Positions 51,402 to 63,394 of a stretch of DNA of 64,000 nt are shown in pieces. Under the pieces are notes generated by a model that ran no database searches, was not told the DNA's origin, and saw only the letters and a program-made list of their open reading frames with translations. The position numbers and the translations under genes are program-made. This DNA comes from Pristiophorus japonicus (taxonomy: Eukaryota). Numbering within the stretch: the first letter of the stretch is position 1; each line of letters starts with the position of its first letter. The stretch covers positions 222,084,001 to 222,148,000 of the forward strand of contig NC_091981.1 of the NCBI RefSeq assembly GCF_044704955.1. Reading direction: 5' to 3'.

Positions 51402-52350
51402 TGGTTTTAGAAATCAGGGGTTCAAAATGTATAAAATTGACACGAAGGCTACTGTGTTTACTCATTGTGTTAAACTGGAGCCAAAAAGTCTACTCAGACT
51501 AGAGAGGGTGTTTAGAAATGCTAATGTCTTGGTTCCCTGTGAATGATATGGCTTCTTTGTACTCTATACAGTCTCCTTGTTGCTAAGCGATTGTCTGCTG
51601 TTTTTAAGTTAAACTTGAACCTTGTTTATGTATTTTATGTATAATGTTAAAATAGGGGATTGAAGTTAGTTTAACAGAACACTTGTACTTTTGTGGTAGT
51701 AGTTAATGTGTGAAACATTTGCTACGTCATAAAGGAGGTAACACTCTAGAACAGTTTTCTGGTCTGGGCCTCAGAGGATAGGGACGAAAGAAATCAGACA
51801 CAAATTTCAAACTAAGAAACCCTGAGAAAGTATATACAGAAAAGAAATATGAACAAGAACATGAGACTTCTTTAAGGCGGGCTTTGACACGAGAATTGAG
51901 ACAAAGAACTCGAAGCCCCATTGGGTATTGAGATTTTAGGGGAACCTCTATAGGTCAAAAGGTCTTGTCAAAATCCTATTTCAGGCCCACCATTAAAAAG
52001 AGAATAAAAGTAGCCTCCCCAAAGCCGCCCTCACAAACGGGGTGACGGGAGAGCGTTACAGAAGTTGGGCTGGTCGATCGCTCTTTGAGCGATTCCATGC
52101 TTTACCCTGAAGGAAGCTCCAGATGAAGACAAAGAGGCTGCAAGCCAGTGAACTGCTCACGTGTGCCGGCCATTTGTCCGATCGGATCGGTATTGGCTAC
52201 TGGTTACAATCATAAGTTTTTGCTGTATAACTAATGTGTTATATTCCATCTTAAACTCTGATTAAACACAATATACCCACCATATTGGTTTACAGTCAAT
52301 CCTGGTTAATAAAGTGATCAGAGATAGCCTTAATTTGGTTATTTATAACA
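51402..52350 (+). mobile_element. About 950-bp non-coding insertion, probable solo LTR
   Basis: Interrupts the CR1 3' end; ends ...ttataaca about 40 nt after an AATAAA; no clean TSD. Confidence 0.5.
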
Positions 52351-53020
52351 AAGGATATGCTGATAGGGTTAGATGAAGAGGGGTGGGAGCAGGCTCGTGT
52401 GGAGCATAAACGATTTGGGATGAAGGGCATGTTTCTGTGCTGTAGGCTCTATGTAATTCTATGATGTGACATGAAGGTTAATTTTATAAATTCACCCTGC
52501 AGGTATGGAGCTTTGCCTGCCAACAATGTATTGGGAATTTGGGCACAGAATTCAGCAGGGCCCACAATATTCTCCATCCCGGATGGCAAATACTCTAGGC
52601 TGCCACTGACCTCCATGCCTGAATTCCTGATTTGTACGCTCGGCTGGCAAAGCTTTGCACCAGGTGTTAAACTTTGTGTAAAGCTTACTCTATTGTGTCT
52701 GTTAATGTAAATGGATTTACGAATAAAGTAGTGCACAAGTCATTTTTGCTTTGAGGGTTTTTAGAACCAATATCTATTTTTTTATCCAAGTGTTGAATAA
52801 TCATCTGTAAAATTTTAGAGGAAGCAGATATAATTAAGTGAATCGATGGATGAGTCGCATAATCAGCATGAATTAATAGATTTAACGCTCGCTAAGGTGA
52901 GAGACTACAGCGGATTTAGTTTCTTTGGTGCCACAGTCCATAGCTATTTTCCACAGCAGGAGTGCAGTACTTTAACTCCAACAGCTGTTGATGGTTAATG
53001 CTTTGATCTGTTTTTTCCAG

Positions 53021-53100
53021 CTGTCTGTGGGACTACGTTTTTCTGTTCAGCGCTTGGAGAATGCAGATGCCAGTATCAGCTTTGACCTGCAGATCAAAAG
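53021..53100 (+). CDS. ITGA8: Integrin alpha-8-like exon G (calf-1), 80 nt
   Basis: ttttttccag acceptor, AG|gtgagt donor. LSVGLRFSVQRLENADASISFDLQIKS. Not in the ORF track. Confidence 0.93.
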
Positions 53101-53584
53101 GTGAGTTACGAATTATCCCAGATTGCCATTGATTGAAAAAAATAAATCAGAAAAGAGCAAAATGGTCATCTCTTGTTAATTTTAGCAGAAATGCATCAAT
53201 TTAGCTCAACTTAATTTGAAGGAATGTCCTTCTGTACCCCCACATACGATCAGCATGTTGCTAAGACAACAAAGATTTTTTTTACACATCAAACAAAACA
53301 AGCTGTGTGCACAGAGCTAGGAGTATCTGCTAAACATAGGGCTAGCTATACAGAGTGGCAATGGGGATTTGGTGATGGTGGTAAAGAGTGGGTAAATAGT
53401 AAATAGTGTGTTTTTATTAAATTGAAATTTAACATACTTTTCTTACTTTAAAACTTTACTTTAAAACTGCAAATCAGTGGCAGTTAACAGTTAATCAGCT
53501 GTAAGTGGGTACCTGACTAGGTGTTAATTGTTGACTGTTGGCTGTTGACTGACAAGTTGTAACTAGGGTGTTTCTAAAATAAAC

Positions 53585-53609
53585 ATATATATATATATAT
53601 ATATATATA
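53585..53609 (+). repeat. (AT)n microsatellite
   Basis: About 12 AT units. Confidence 0.95.
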
Positions 53610-53614
53610 AGGAA

Positions 53615-53815
53615 ATAAAAATAGAAAATGCTAGAAATACTCAGCAGGTCAGGCAGCATCTGTGGAGAGAGAAACAGAGTTAACGTTTCAGATCGATGAC
53701 CTTTCATCAGAACAAGAAAAAGTTAGAGATGTAACAGGTTATAAGCAAGTACAGGGGCAGATAAAGGCGGGAGGGGGTGAAACAATGAAAGGGAAGCCCT
53801 GTGATAGGGTGGAAC
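53615..53815 (-). mobile_element. Penelope-like terminal repeat fragment
   Basis: ctcagcaggtcaggcagcatctgtggagagagaaacagagttaacgtttcag is shared with 31530-31660; it carries a hammerhead motif as Penelope-like elements do. Confidence 0.65.
53678..53713 (-). ncRNA. Minimal type I hammerhead ribozyme motif
   Basis: Minus strand reads GUU CUGAUGA A AGGUC-AUC-GAUCU GAAA C GUU AAC U: conserved core boxes, stem II, ACGU palindrome and short stem I. Confidence 0.6.
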
Positions 53816-53834
53816 GCTTCCAGCATTCACACTA

Positions 53835-55275
53835 TTTTTCTTTTGTCCATTTAAAATAAAAGCTAACATACAGTTCGCTTCCCTAATTGATTGCTGTAAC
53901 TGCATGTTAACTTTCTGTGATTCGTGTACACTTTGGGTCCCTCTGAATACCAACATTTCCCAATCTCTCACCATTTAAAAAATACTCTGCTTTCTTATTT
54001 TTCGCACCAAAGTGGATAACTTCACATAATCTATTCCATCTGCCATGTTTTTGCCCACTCACTTAACCTGCCTATAACATTTTGCAGCCTCTTTGCAACC
54101 TCCTCACAGCTTACTTTTCCACCTAACTTTGTAACATCAGTAAACTTGGATACATTGCACTCGGTCCACTCATCTAAGTTATTGATATAGATTGGAAATA
54201 ACTGAGGCCCAAGCACTGATCCTTGCAGTACCCCACTAGTTACAGCCTGCCAACCTGAAAATGACCTGTTAATTCCTACTTTCTGTTTTCTGTCCATTAA
54301 TGAATCCTCAATCCCATGAGCCCTAATTTTGTGTAATAATTTCATGTGTGGCACCTTATCGAATGTTTTTTGAAAATCCAAGTATATTATATCCATTGGT
54401 TCTCCCTTATCTACCCTGCTGTTACAACCTCAAAATACTCTAACAAGTTTGTCAAACACGATTTCCCTTCAATAAATCAGTGTTGACTCTGCCCAATCAT
54501 ATTATGATGTTGTAAGTGCCCTGTTACCACATCCCTAAAATAGATTCTAGCATTTTCCTGACAACTGATGTCAAGCTAACTGGTCTGTAATTCCCTGTTT
54601 TCTCTCTCCCTCCTTTCTTGAATAGCGGCATTATGTTTGGTATCTTCCAATCCATGGGGACCGTTCTAGAATCTAGGGAATTCTGAAAGATTAAAATCAA
54701 TGAATCCACTATCTCTGTAGCTACCTCTTTTAAAACCTTAGGATGTAGGCCATTAGGCCAGCGGATTTGTTGACTTTTAGTCCCCATTAATTTATCTAGT
54801 ATTATTCTTTACTAATATTGATTCCTTTAAGTTTCTCATTTTCATTAGACCCTTGTTTCCCTACTATTTCCAGAATGTTATTTGTGCCTTCTTCCGTGAA
54901 GTTAGATACAAAGTATTTGTTTAATATCTCTGCCATTTCCTTATTCTCTATTATAATTTCTCTTGTTTCTGCCTCTAAGGGACTTACATTTGCTTTTGCT
55001 AATCTCTTCCTTTTCACATATCTATAGAAGCTTTTACGATCTATTTTCATGTCTTGCTAGTTTACTCTTGTATTCTCTTTTCTCTTTCTTTATCAATTTC
55101 TTGGTCATCCTTTGCTGAATTCTATAATCCTACAAGTTCTCAGGTTCACTACTCCTTTTGCAATGTTATAGCCTCTTCCTTTAATCTAACATTATCTTTA
55201 ATTTCTTGTTAGCCATGGGAGTTGGACTACTAATCCCGTAGGGCTTTTATTCCTCAGAGAAATGTATATTTGTTG
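53835..55275 (-). mobile_element. CR1 LINE fragment
   Basis: GNYRPVSLTS, YLDFQKTFDKV and GVLQGSVLGP motifs. Confidence 0.88.
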
Positions 55276-55299
55276 CGAATTATGGATTAATTCTTTAAA

Positions 55300-56272
55300 T
55301 ATAGAATTGGATGAGGTATACAGTAATATTCCCCAGGGACCATTATTAGGACCACTGCTCTTTTTGATATATATTAATGAGCTGGATGTCATAATTTCAA
55401 AGTTTGCAGATGATACGATGAGGAGTATAGTAACAGACTTCGGAAGGACCTAGGCAAACCGATGAAATGGGCAGACACAAGGTGGATGAAATTTAACACA
55501 GAGAAGTGTAAAATGATACATTTTGGTAGGAAGAATGAGGAGAGACAATATAAGCTAAATGGTACAAATTTAATGGTGGTTCAGGAACAGAGGGAACTGG
55601 GGTGAATGTACAAAAATCCTTGAAGGTGGCCAGACAAGTTGAGAAAGAATTTAACAAAGCATAAGGGATCCTTGGCTTTATTAATAGAGGAATAGTGTAG
55701 AAAAACAATGAAGTTATGTGAAACTTTTATAAAATACTGGTTAAGCCTCAGCTATAGTATTGTGATCAATTCTGGACACCACACTTTGGATAAGGATGTC
55801 AAGGCCATCGAGAAGGTGCAGAAGAGATTTACTAGAATTGTACCAGGGATGAAGGACTTCAGTTATGTGGGGAAACTGGAGAAGCTGGGGTTGTTCTCGT
55901 TAGAGCAGAGAAGGTTAGGGGAGATTTGATGAAGTTTTGATAAAGTAAATAAGGAGAAACTGTTGCCAGTGGCAGAAGGTTCGTTAACCAGAGGACACAG
56001 ATTGAAGGTGATTGGCAAAAGAACCAAGGCGACATAAGGAAGCATTTTTTTTACACAGCGAGTTGTTGTGATCTGGAATGCACTGCCTGAAAGTGTGGTG
56101 GCAGCAGATTCAATAGTAACTTTCAAAAGAGAATTGGAAGTATCTGAAGGGAAAACAGTTACAGGGCTATGGGGTAATAGCGGGGGAGTGCGACAAATTG
56201 GATAACTCTACCAAAGAGGCACAATGTGCCGAATTGCCTCCTCCTGTGCAGTATCATTTTATGATTCTATGT
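55300..56272 (+). mobile_element. CR1 LINE 3' fragment
   Basis: PQGPLLGPLLFLIYIN, FADDT and SLEQRRL motifs; attctatg tail. Confidence 0.88.
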
Positions 56273-56329
56273 GAATGAGACCCAGTTTTATCAAAAACAC
56301 TGCACTGCCATCAATATAGCACTTCAGTT

Positions 56330-56432
56330 AATGGTGACCATATAACTACCAGATTGTCGTAAAAGCCGATTTGGTTGACTAATGCCCTTTAGGGAAGGAG
56401 ATTTGCCGTCCTTATCCAGTCTGGCCTATATG
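56330..56432 (+). mobile_element. Probable SINE core fragment
   Basis: ggtgacca...gattgtcgtaaaa...ctaatgccctttagggaagga...gtctggcctatatg resembles a recalled fish/shark SINE core; family not assigned. Confidence 0.45.
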
Positions 56433-56448
56433 AACAAGAGCTATGTGC

Positions 56449-57585
56449 TTTTTTAATTCGTTCCTGGATTGTGGGCGTCGCTAGCAAGGCCAGAATTTAT
56501 TGCCCATTCGAATTGCCCTTGAGAAGGTGGTGGTGAGCCGCCGCCTTGAAGCGCTGCAGTCCATGTGGTGAAGGTACTCCAATAGTGCTGTTCGGTGGGG
56601 AGTTCCAGGATTTTGATCCAGCGACTATGAAGGAATGGTGATATATTTCCAAGTCAGGATAGTGTGTGACTTGGAGGGGAACTTAGAGGTGATGGTGTTC
56701 CCATGCGCCTGCTGCCCTTGTCCTTCCAGGTGGTAGAGGTCGAGCTTTTGGGAGGTGCTGCCAAAGAAGCCTTGGCGAGTTGCTGCAGTGCATCTTGTAG
56801 ATGGTATACACTGCAGCCATGGTGCATCGGTGGTGGAGGGAGTGAATGTTTAAGGTGGTGGATGGGGTGCCAATCAAGCAGGCTGTTTTGTCCTGGATGG
56901 TATCGAGCTTCTTGAGTGTTGTTGGAGCTGCACTCATCCAGGCAAGTGGAGAGTATTCCATCACACTCCTGACTTGTGCCTTGTAGATGGTGGAAAGGCT
57001 TTGTGGAGTCAGGAGGTAAGACACTTGCCGCAGAATGCCCAGCCTCTGACCTGCTCTTGTAGCCACAGTATTTATGTGGCTGGTCCAATTAAGTTTCTGG
57101 TCACTGCTGATCCCCAAGATGTTGATGGTGGGGGATTTGATGACGGTAATGCTGTCGAATATCAAGAGGAGGTAGTTAGATGCTCTCTTTTTGGAGGTAT
57201 TCAATGCCTGGCACTTTTGTGGTGCAAATGTTACTAGCCACTTATCAGCCCAAGCCTGAATGTTATCCAGGTCTTGCTGCATGTGGGCATGGACTGCTTC
57301 ATTATCTGGAGTTGTGAATGGAACTGAACACTGTGCAATCATCAGTGAGCGTCCCTACTTCTAACCTTATGATGGAGGGAAGCTCATTGATGAAGCAGCT
57401 GAAGATGATTGGACCGAGGACACTGCCCTGAGGAACTCCTGCAGCGATGTCCAAGGGCTGAGATAATTGACCTCCAACAACCACACCTATTTCCTTTGTG
57501 CAAGGTATGACTCCAGTCAGTGGAGATTCTTTCCCCTGAATCCCATTGACTTCAATTTTACTAGGGCTCCTCGATGCCACACTAC
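56449..57585 (-). mobile_element. CR1-group (Crack/Daphne-like) LINE 3' part
   Basis: AGVPQGSVLGP, QQDLDNIQAWADKW and YKAQVRSVMEYSPLAW motifs; 3' UTR shared with 29420-29680. Confidence 0.8.
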
Positions 57586-57589
57586 AAAG

Positions 57590-59685
57590 TGTTCCCCCAG
57601 TGGCTATAGAAAAGCTGGTGGAAGACTGCTCTTGCACATGTTGGGATCTTGAAGATTCTCATAGTCAGCAACTTCTGGGAGCTTAAACCTGTGAGTACCC
57701 AGCTGCAGACTGCAGCACTTTGGCTGCTGTAAGGTCTGTCTGGTCCAGCTGGCTACCTGGCACCATGGCAGTTATTGGTGAAGAGGGAACAGACATGTTG
57801 ACATCCTGAGAGGGCAGCACGTGCCACTCCGATTGTGCACTGCTCTATATATGAGGCTGCAGCTCATTACCCCCACGGATTTGCGGGAGAGAACCATAGG
57901 AGACGATGCCTTCAAAGCTGCTATCCATGTGGTCCACCAGTCTCTCCAACATGGAGCGCACGTTAATCGCTCAGAGTCTGAACGGCAGCTGTTTGAGCAT
58001 CCATTAAAGCCACAAAGACTGATGACACAAACTCCCGGTGTGACGGCCCGCAGGCCATGTCCATGGAGGTGACCACATGCTCCACAGTAGACTGCAGAGT
58101 GTTACTGCCATGTGACAGGACAGCACACAGCTGGAAGCAAACTCTTCCATACTTTCAGCCATTTTGCAGAAACTCCTTTGACAGGGTTTCCAATGCCTTT
58201 ATATTATTGCTTGTGTGACACAAGCAGTTTTCTTTTCAAGGCTGAGCCCCTGTAGTCGAGTTTACCGTCTTGCTCAGCAGAGCTGGCAGATGATCCCGTT
58301 CTCTGGTGAGCAGTCTCCTAGGCTGTCTCTGCCATCACTTACTACTCCTGCTCATTTATGTTGGGTGCTTCACCAAGTACAGACCCCTCTAATTCATTGT
58401 CTAACCCACCCAGCGTGCCAATCCTTGTGCTAGTGCTTGGGAGGGATGGAACGTGTGATGGTTCATCCTCAGGTGTGTTGTCCTCTGGGAGCCCAGAGCA
58501 TGCAGAAAACAAACGCAGGCAACGGAAGGAACATGTGGCAAACCAGGTTCCCCACCCACCTTTTCCTCCAACGACTGTCTGTCCCATCTGTGACAGAGCG
58601 TGTCATTCCTGTATTGGACTGTACAGTCACCTGAGAACTCACTTTTGGAGTGGAAGCAAGTCTTCCTCGATTTCAAGGGACTACCTATGATGATGATGTC
58701 CTTTTCTCAGATTTTCTGCTGATAAGGATCTAGAGGAAAGAGAAAAGCGACGTTTTAGCATGGTACTGACAGGCTGGAGGGCAGCAGACGACAGGCTTCA
58801 CAACGCAGCTTGAAGTTGCCGAGCAGACTGTGCAGTTTTTTGAGGTACATGAAGCGGTACAAGTAATAGGCAGAGAATTTGCTCAGATGAGCCGCCAGCT
58901 GCACCATCTCCTATGCACATTACTCTTGAAAGATAACTGGCGTCCAGAGCCTCCTGCTCCAACTGAGTCCTCATGCTAGATGTCCTTGCAGAAAGAAAGG
59001 GTGAAAATTAGTGATTGGCTCTGAAAGACAAAGTACACATGTATGGGACTTGTGCGTATCATGCATATGCTGAGTGGGAGAAGGAGTAAGGTGCAGGATG
59101 GATGAATGGAAAGCAAGCGGCTGGAGTGTGGTGAGGAATGAGATGTGAGAGGAGTTCCTGGTTCTGCAATTTCTACCATTTGAGAACGGAGTGCTGTTGG
59201 TGGCTGCTGTGTTGTTAGTGACAAAAAGCAAGAGATGAGTGTGTGTTTGGAATGAGGTGATACGGTGCGCCCAGATTGCCGGTGAAGGATGTGATGCAGG
59301 GGAGAAAGTTGTTCAATGCTGGAGGTGGAGGAAGGACTGTTGCCAGAGGTTATTGAGACAGATGGAGAAATAGAGAACTATACTCACCTTTGCGCCTCTT
59401 GTCAGGTCATTGAAATGTTTCCTACATTGAATCCAGGTCCTTTGGGGGTGTGATGCTTCCAGAAATGTCCATCTCTGCCACCTTTCTCCAAGCTTATTAT
59501 ATGTAAGTCTTGCCAATCTTCCCACTTCTGGGAAATAGAATGACGCTCCTTGCCCTCACCTCTTCCACTAAGACCTCCAGGGAGATATCAGAAAACCTGA
59601 GAGCACCATTGCTGATATTGTTCACTTTCAGCAGTATCACAGATTAATCTGGCAGCAGTGAATGCAACCTCCCTTTAAGACCTTC
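57590..59685 (-). pseudogene. Decayed, intron-containing Myb/SANT-like gene of a PIF/Harbinger transposon
   Basis: 59388-59610 reads RFSDISLEVLVEEVRAR..LFP...AWRKVAE...RTWIQCRKHFNDLTRGAK then AAG|gtgagta; candidate acceptors near 58985-59000 and 58730; stops and a frameshift. The downstream extent is uncertain. Confidence 0.65.
58493..58698 (+). mobile_element. Short RTE LINE 3' end
   Basis: EHAENKRRQRKE...CPICD...SHLRTH and (ATG)n tail. Confidence 0.88.
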
Positions 59686-60115
59686 TGTGTGATAGCTTCC
59701 TACGCCTTCTTCATCCTCTGAGCATTAGTGGCTTTCCCCTCCACTTCACAGAAAGTATGTCACTGCTATTATATCAACAAGAATTGGCATTTATATAGTG
59801 CCTTCAACAAAGAAAAATGTCCCAAAGCCATTTATGATGAACTGCGGATCTTAATCTATAAATCTTGCTTTATGTCTTCTGCACTTTCTCTCCATTCTCA
59901 CCCAAACTGCACACTCCACTGCTGCATTGGCTCATAGTGCACTATTTATACCTAGCAAGTGGCAATTTAGATAGGGGAAGAACATTCTTGTCAATACATT
60001 CTAATTGGCCACTCAGTGTCTGTGTTCTTTTGAGCTTATCCTAACACATCTGAACTTTCAAGTAGTTCATAAGAGTGGCATCCTGTGTATATGTAAACAA
60101 AAAGGCAAATATAAT

Positions 60116-60517
60116 GGCCCAGATTTTGCGGTCAGCGGCAAAGGGACAGCACTCGCTGTTGACCTCGAGAAAAGCTCCCACAAAAGTTTTAACTGACTCT
60201 GGAATGCAGATTTCCTCTATTCTGACGCCAGTTTCAATTTGGCGCCATCTACAGGGGATCTGTGGTGTCCAGTAGGCAGGGGGCAGACTGATCAGCCAAT
60301 CAGATTGAAGAATTCTCACAGACAGCAAAGCATGAAGTAAAAAGCAGGGAATATAAATCATTGTACAGAAAGCAAAATAAATATTGTGAGATGTACATTC
60401 TGTGTTTTACTGCGCATGTGCCAGAGGTTGCTGTGCCAGAGGTTGCTGTCAGTTTTACACAGTAATGACTGCTAGCGCTGACGGCCTCGCCATTATTACC
60501 ACTGCATATTCCGGGCC
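60116..60517. mobile_element. MITE of the 36330/36893 family
   Basis: Ends ggcccagattttgcggt / actgcatattccgggcc; 3-bp flanks aat/att. Confidence 0.7.
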
Positions 60518-61291
60518 ATTAATTCTCCTTTCATGCACTGCCTGTACGCTATGGGTAATTTAACTCTCTTCATTACCTGCAGACCTGATTTGAGATGTTT
60601 TTAGTGAACTGGTTTTATTTTTGAGTACAGTACAGAAACCTGTTGCCCAGTTAAAAGTTTTTTTGATCAAAAATGCCTCACTTAACTGATTATTCTGAGT
60701 GCAAGGATAAAACCGGAGTTGTTCATTTTGCAGCTAAATCCCTTCATAGTCTGATGGCATTTTGCCATGAGTCCAAAAAGTGGAAAAATAAGGGTAGGTT
60801 GAAAGATAAACTGATTCAAAAATGTCAAGTTGGGAGGAAGTCTGTAACTGCAACCCGTTTGACCTTTATATTTTTAGATTCTGAAATATAACAAATCATC
60901 AAAGTAAATACTGCAAACAACAAAAACAGAGTAACTCGGTCATCTGTCATGAAGCATGTTCTAACATTCCTGTTAAAGATATAAGGGAGTTAAGTTGAAG
61001 TCTGCCCATTGTTTTTCTTTCTTTACCTCAATAAATATTAGTGACTTGTATTGATATTTTGGTTCTAAAAATATTCTTTTGCAAATATTTGTTTGACGAA
61101 AAGCACTTCATCAACTGACAATTAACTCTGAGGTTTTTTAAAGTTTGTGTGCTGTATTAGCAATAAAAATATCATGCAAGGTATAATTCCTGCAGCAAAT
61201 GTTTTTTATTGATTGCTCCAATTCTGATTTCTACACTACAATTTTAAGTTTTACCTCTCTTGGACTAGTTTTTTTCTGACTTAAATTGCAG

Positions 61292-61372
61292 TTCAAATAA
61301 GGATAATCCAAACAGCAACCTCGTCCAACTGCAGATCAACATCAGTGCAGTCGCTCAGACTGACATCCGAGG
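61292..61372 (+). CDS. ITGA8: Integrin alpha-8-like exon H (calf-1/calf-2 boundary), 81 nt
   Basis: ttgcag acceptor, GG|gtaagt donor. SNKDNPNSNLVQLQINISAVAQTDIRG closely matches recalled ITGA8 SNKDNPDSNFVSLQINITAVAQVEIRG. Confidence 0.94.
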
Positions 61373-61994
61373 GTAAGTACTGTTTCTGTCCTCACCTACT
61401 TGGAAACCGGATAAAGTACATCTTGATCTCCGCATCTCAATAGTTTTGGTTATAACGATTGCCATGCATTCGCACTTTGTCTGAATCTCTTTGACTGACC
61501 AAGAAAACGTGCACCTAGATCTAGGCCAATGCTGCTCAGAGTAAGATTGGCTCAGGTAACCTATTTCTCCAGTTTCCCCTCCTTACATTGCTTAAAGTTC
61601 ATCAGGTCTCAGAATCAGGAAAACAAAATGACAAATCCTGCTTTAGTGGTTGTGTAGGATGCTGCTATGGGCCTCTTCTGTCTTGTATCTGTTGCGTGGG
61701 CCTTACTGCTTTTCACCTCTTCCTCCACCACTGTTTTCTGTCTTTTTAATGACTTGCTTTGTGGACTCCTTCAGCAGCCTACCATTCTCCTTCCACGGCG
61801 TCATGAAAACTGCAATTAATAGGGACAAAGAGTTGAGTGAGTTAAAGCAGACTTCCAATGAAATAAATGGAAAGCAAAATTGGGAGAGTTATACAACGGG
61901 TGGCCGATCCAATATTGCCCATTTTCCACTATTACCAAAAGTTAAAATGACCCCCAAGATATCAATTCATCCAGTGATGGAGAATAAATTAAAA

Positions 61995-62960
61995 AATAGT
62001 CAGCACTCTCATTTCTAAAAGGCAGGTCATAATTAACTAACCTTTGTGAATTATTTAACAGAAAGATTGGACAAGGCAATGCAGTAAATGAGGTAGACAT
62101 GGACTTCCAGAAGGCCTTTGATAAGCTGCTGTAATGTATTTGCTTCATGGGTTCTTTACTTAAGAATTCATAGCAACACATTGCTATGAAGAACTAGTTG
62201 GTTTATTAACAAAGGTTTAACAATCACACTACACATTACCAGTTCATCCACTAGGTTCACAATTGCATACCTCATTGTGGATGACCTAGACTCAACTAAC
62301 TGGGGTTTTATTGAGTCTTGTGAACATCACACGATTGGCTAAGCCACTCACAAAGCGACAGCTCTACAAACCTGTGAGCATACTCATAAATGCATATATT
62401 ACAGTTGCCATCTAAGAAACACATGACAAAGACGGCATGTGGAGTCAGGGGCTAAGTAGAAGAATGGATTGAAAGACGGCTACAAAACAGAAAACAGATG
62501 ATAGGAGTTAAGGAAAGTTTCGTAGACTGGTAGGGGTCTGTAGGTGTTCTGTAGGGGTCTGTGCTGGGACCACTGTTGTTTAAATATAAATAATGTTAAT
62601 TCAAGAATTGGAGATATGCTCAAAATGTGCAGATGATGATAATACATTGGGGGGTATAGCTAATAATTTGGAAGACAGCATCAAAATAAAAGAAGGCAGA
62701 AACAGGCTTGCAGAATGGGTGGATAAACGGCAAATGAAATTCAGTATAGTGAACTGTGAGGTTGTTCATTTTGGCAGGAGGATTATGAGACCATTTATTT
62801 TTTGGAAGGTAAGAAACTAAATGGGATAGAGGAACCAAAGATCTGGGAATAGATACATAAATCGTCGAAAGTAGCAACACATGTTGATCACACCATAAAG
62901 AATGCAAATAAAGTATTGGAATTCATTTCTCGGAATCAAATCAAAAGCAGGGAGGCTCTG
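61995..62960 (+). mobile_element. Old CR1 fragment split by a solo LTR
   Basis: MDFQKAFDK, GSVLGPLLF, CADDD and CEVVHFG remnants. Confidence 0.78.
62130..62403 (-). mobile_element. Solo LTR, 274 bp (Gypsy-like)
   Basis: tgtaat...attaca inverted ends; 5-bp TSD gctgc/gttgc; minus-strand AATAAA near 62205. Confidence 0.78.
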
Positions 62961-63394
62961 TCATTTAATATTAAGTGAGGCACAACCGGGAATAATGAGA
63001 ATAAAATGAAGCAAAGGCAAGTGGTAGAGAGAGGTAATTACAGAAGAGAAAGAAAAGAGAAGAAATTGAAAAGCTCAACTTTTTAAGATTTCCCACAAAT
63101 ATTATGCAATATTGCAGTTTCCAGTATTGAGGTTTTTGCAACAGCACACAAAAATAGGAAATTAAATTCAAATGCTATGTTAATTACACATACACTTTAT
63201 TTGAATTGCTGCGGTAGATGCTAAGGATTTTGGCGCATACTTGCTTTGTGTCTATAACCAAACCCATATAATACTAATGTTAATTTTACAAATTTCACCA
63301 AACGTGCATATCAGGAAATTAGAGATCAGTGTCTAATAACAAATAAAATGTACCCTATTTCACAACAACACCAAAACAGGATAATTAGTCTTCC

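Larger units (their letters stand above)
40249..52465 (+). mobile_element. Old long CR1 LINE broken by five insertions (pieces about 40249-40379, 41458-42490, 43147-43909, 44285-44593, 51340-51401, 52351-52465)
   Basis: MGDFNY, SDHN, GNYRPVSL, YLDFQKAFD, FADNTK and RRLRSDLIEVF occur in correct order, ending in a CR1 tail. Confidence 0.85.

Noticed and set aside
53835-56272. Inverted CR1 pair as a single twin-primed or inverted insertion
   Set aside because: The two pieces overlap in RT coverage and look like different subfamilies, so they are independent insertions.
4857-61372. Assignment to ITGAV or ITGA5
   Set aside because: LNYSLDES, KPI.NYY, IIGDEN and SNKDNP.SN match recalled alpha8 better. 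A phylogeny or synteny check would confirm.
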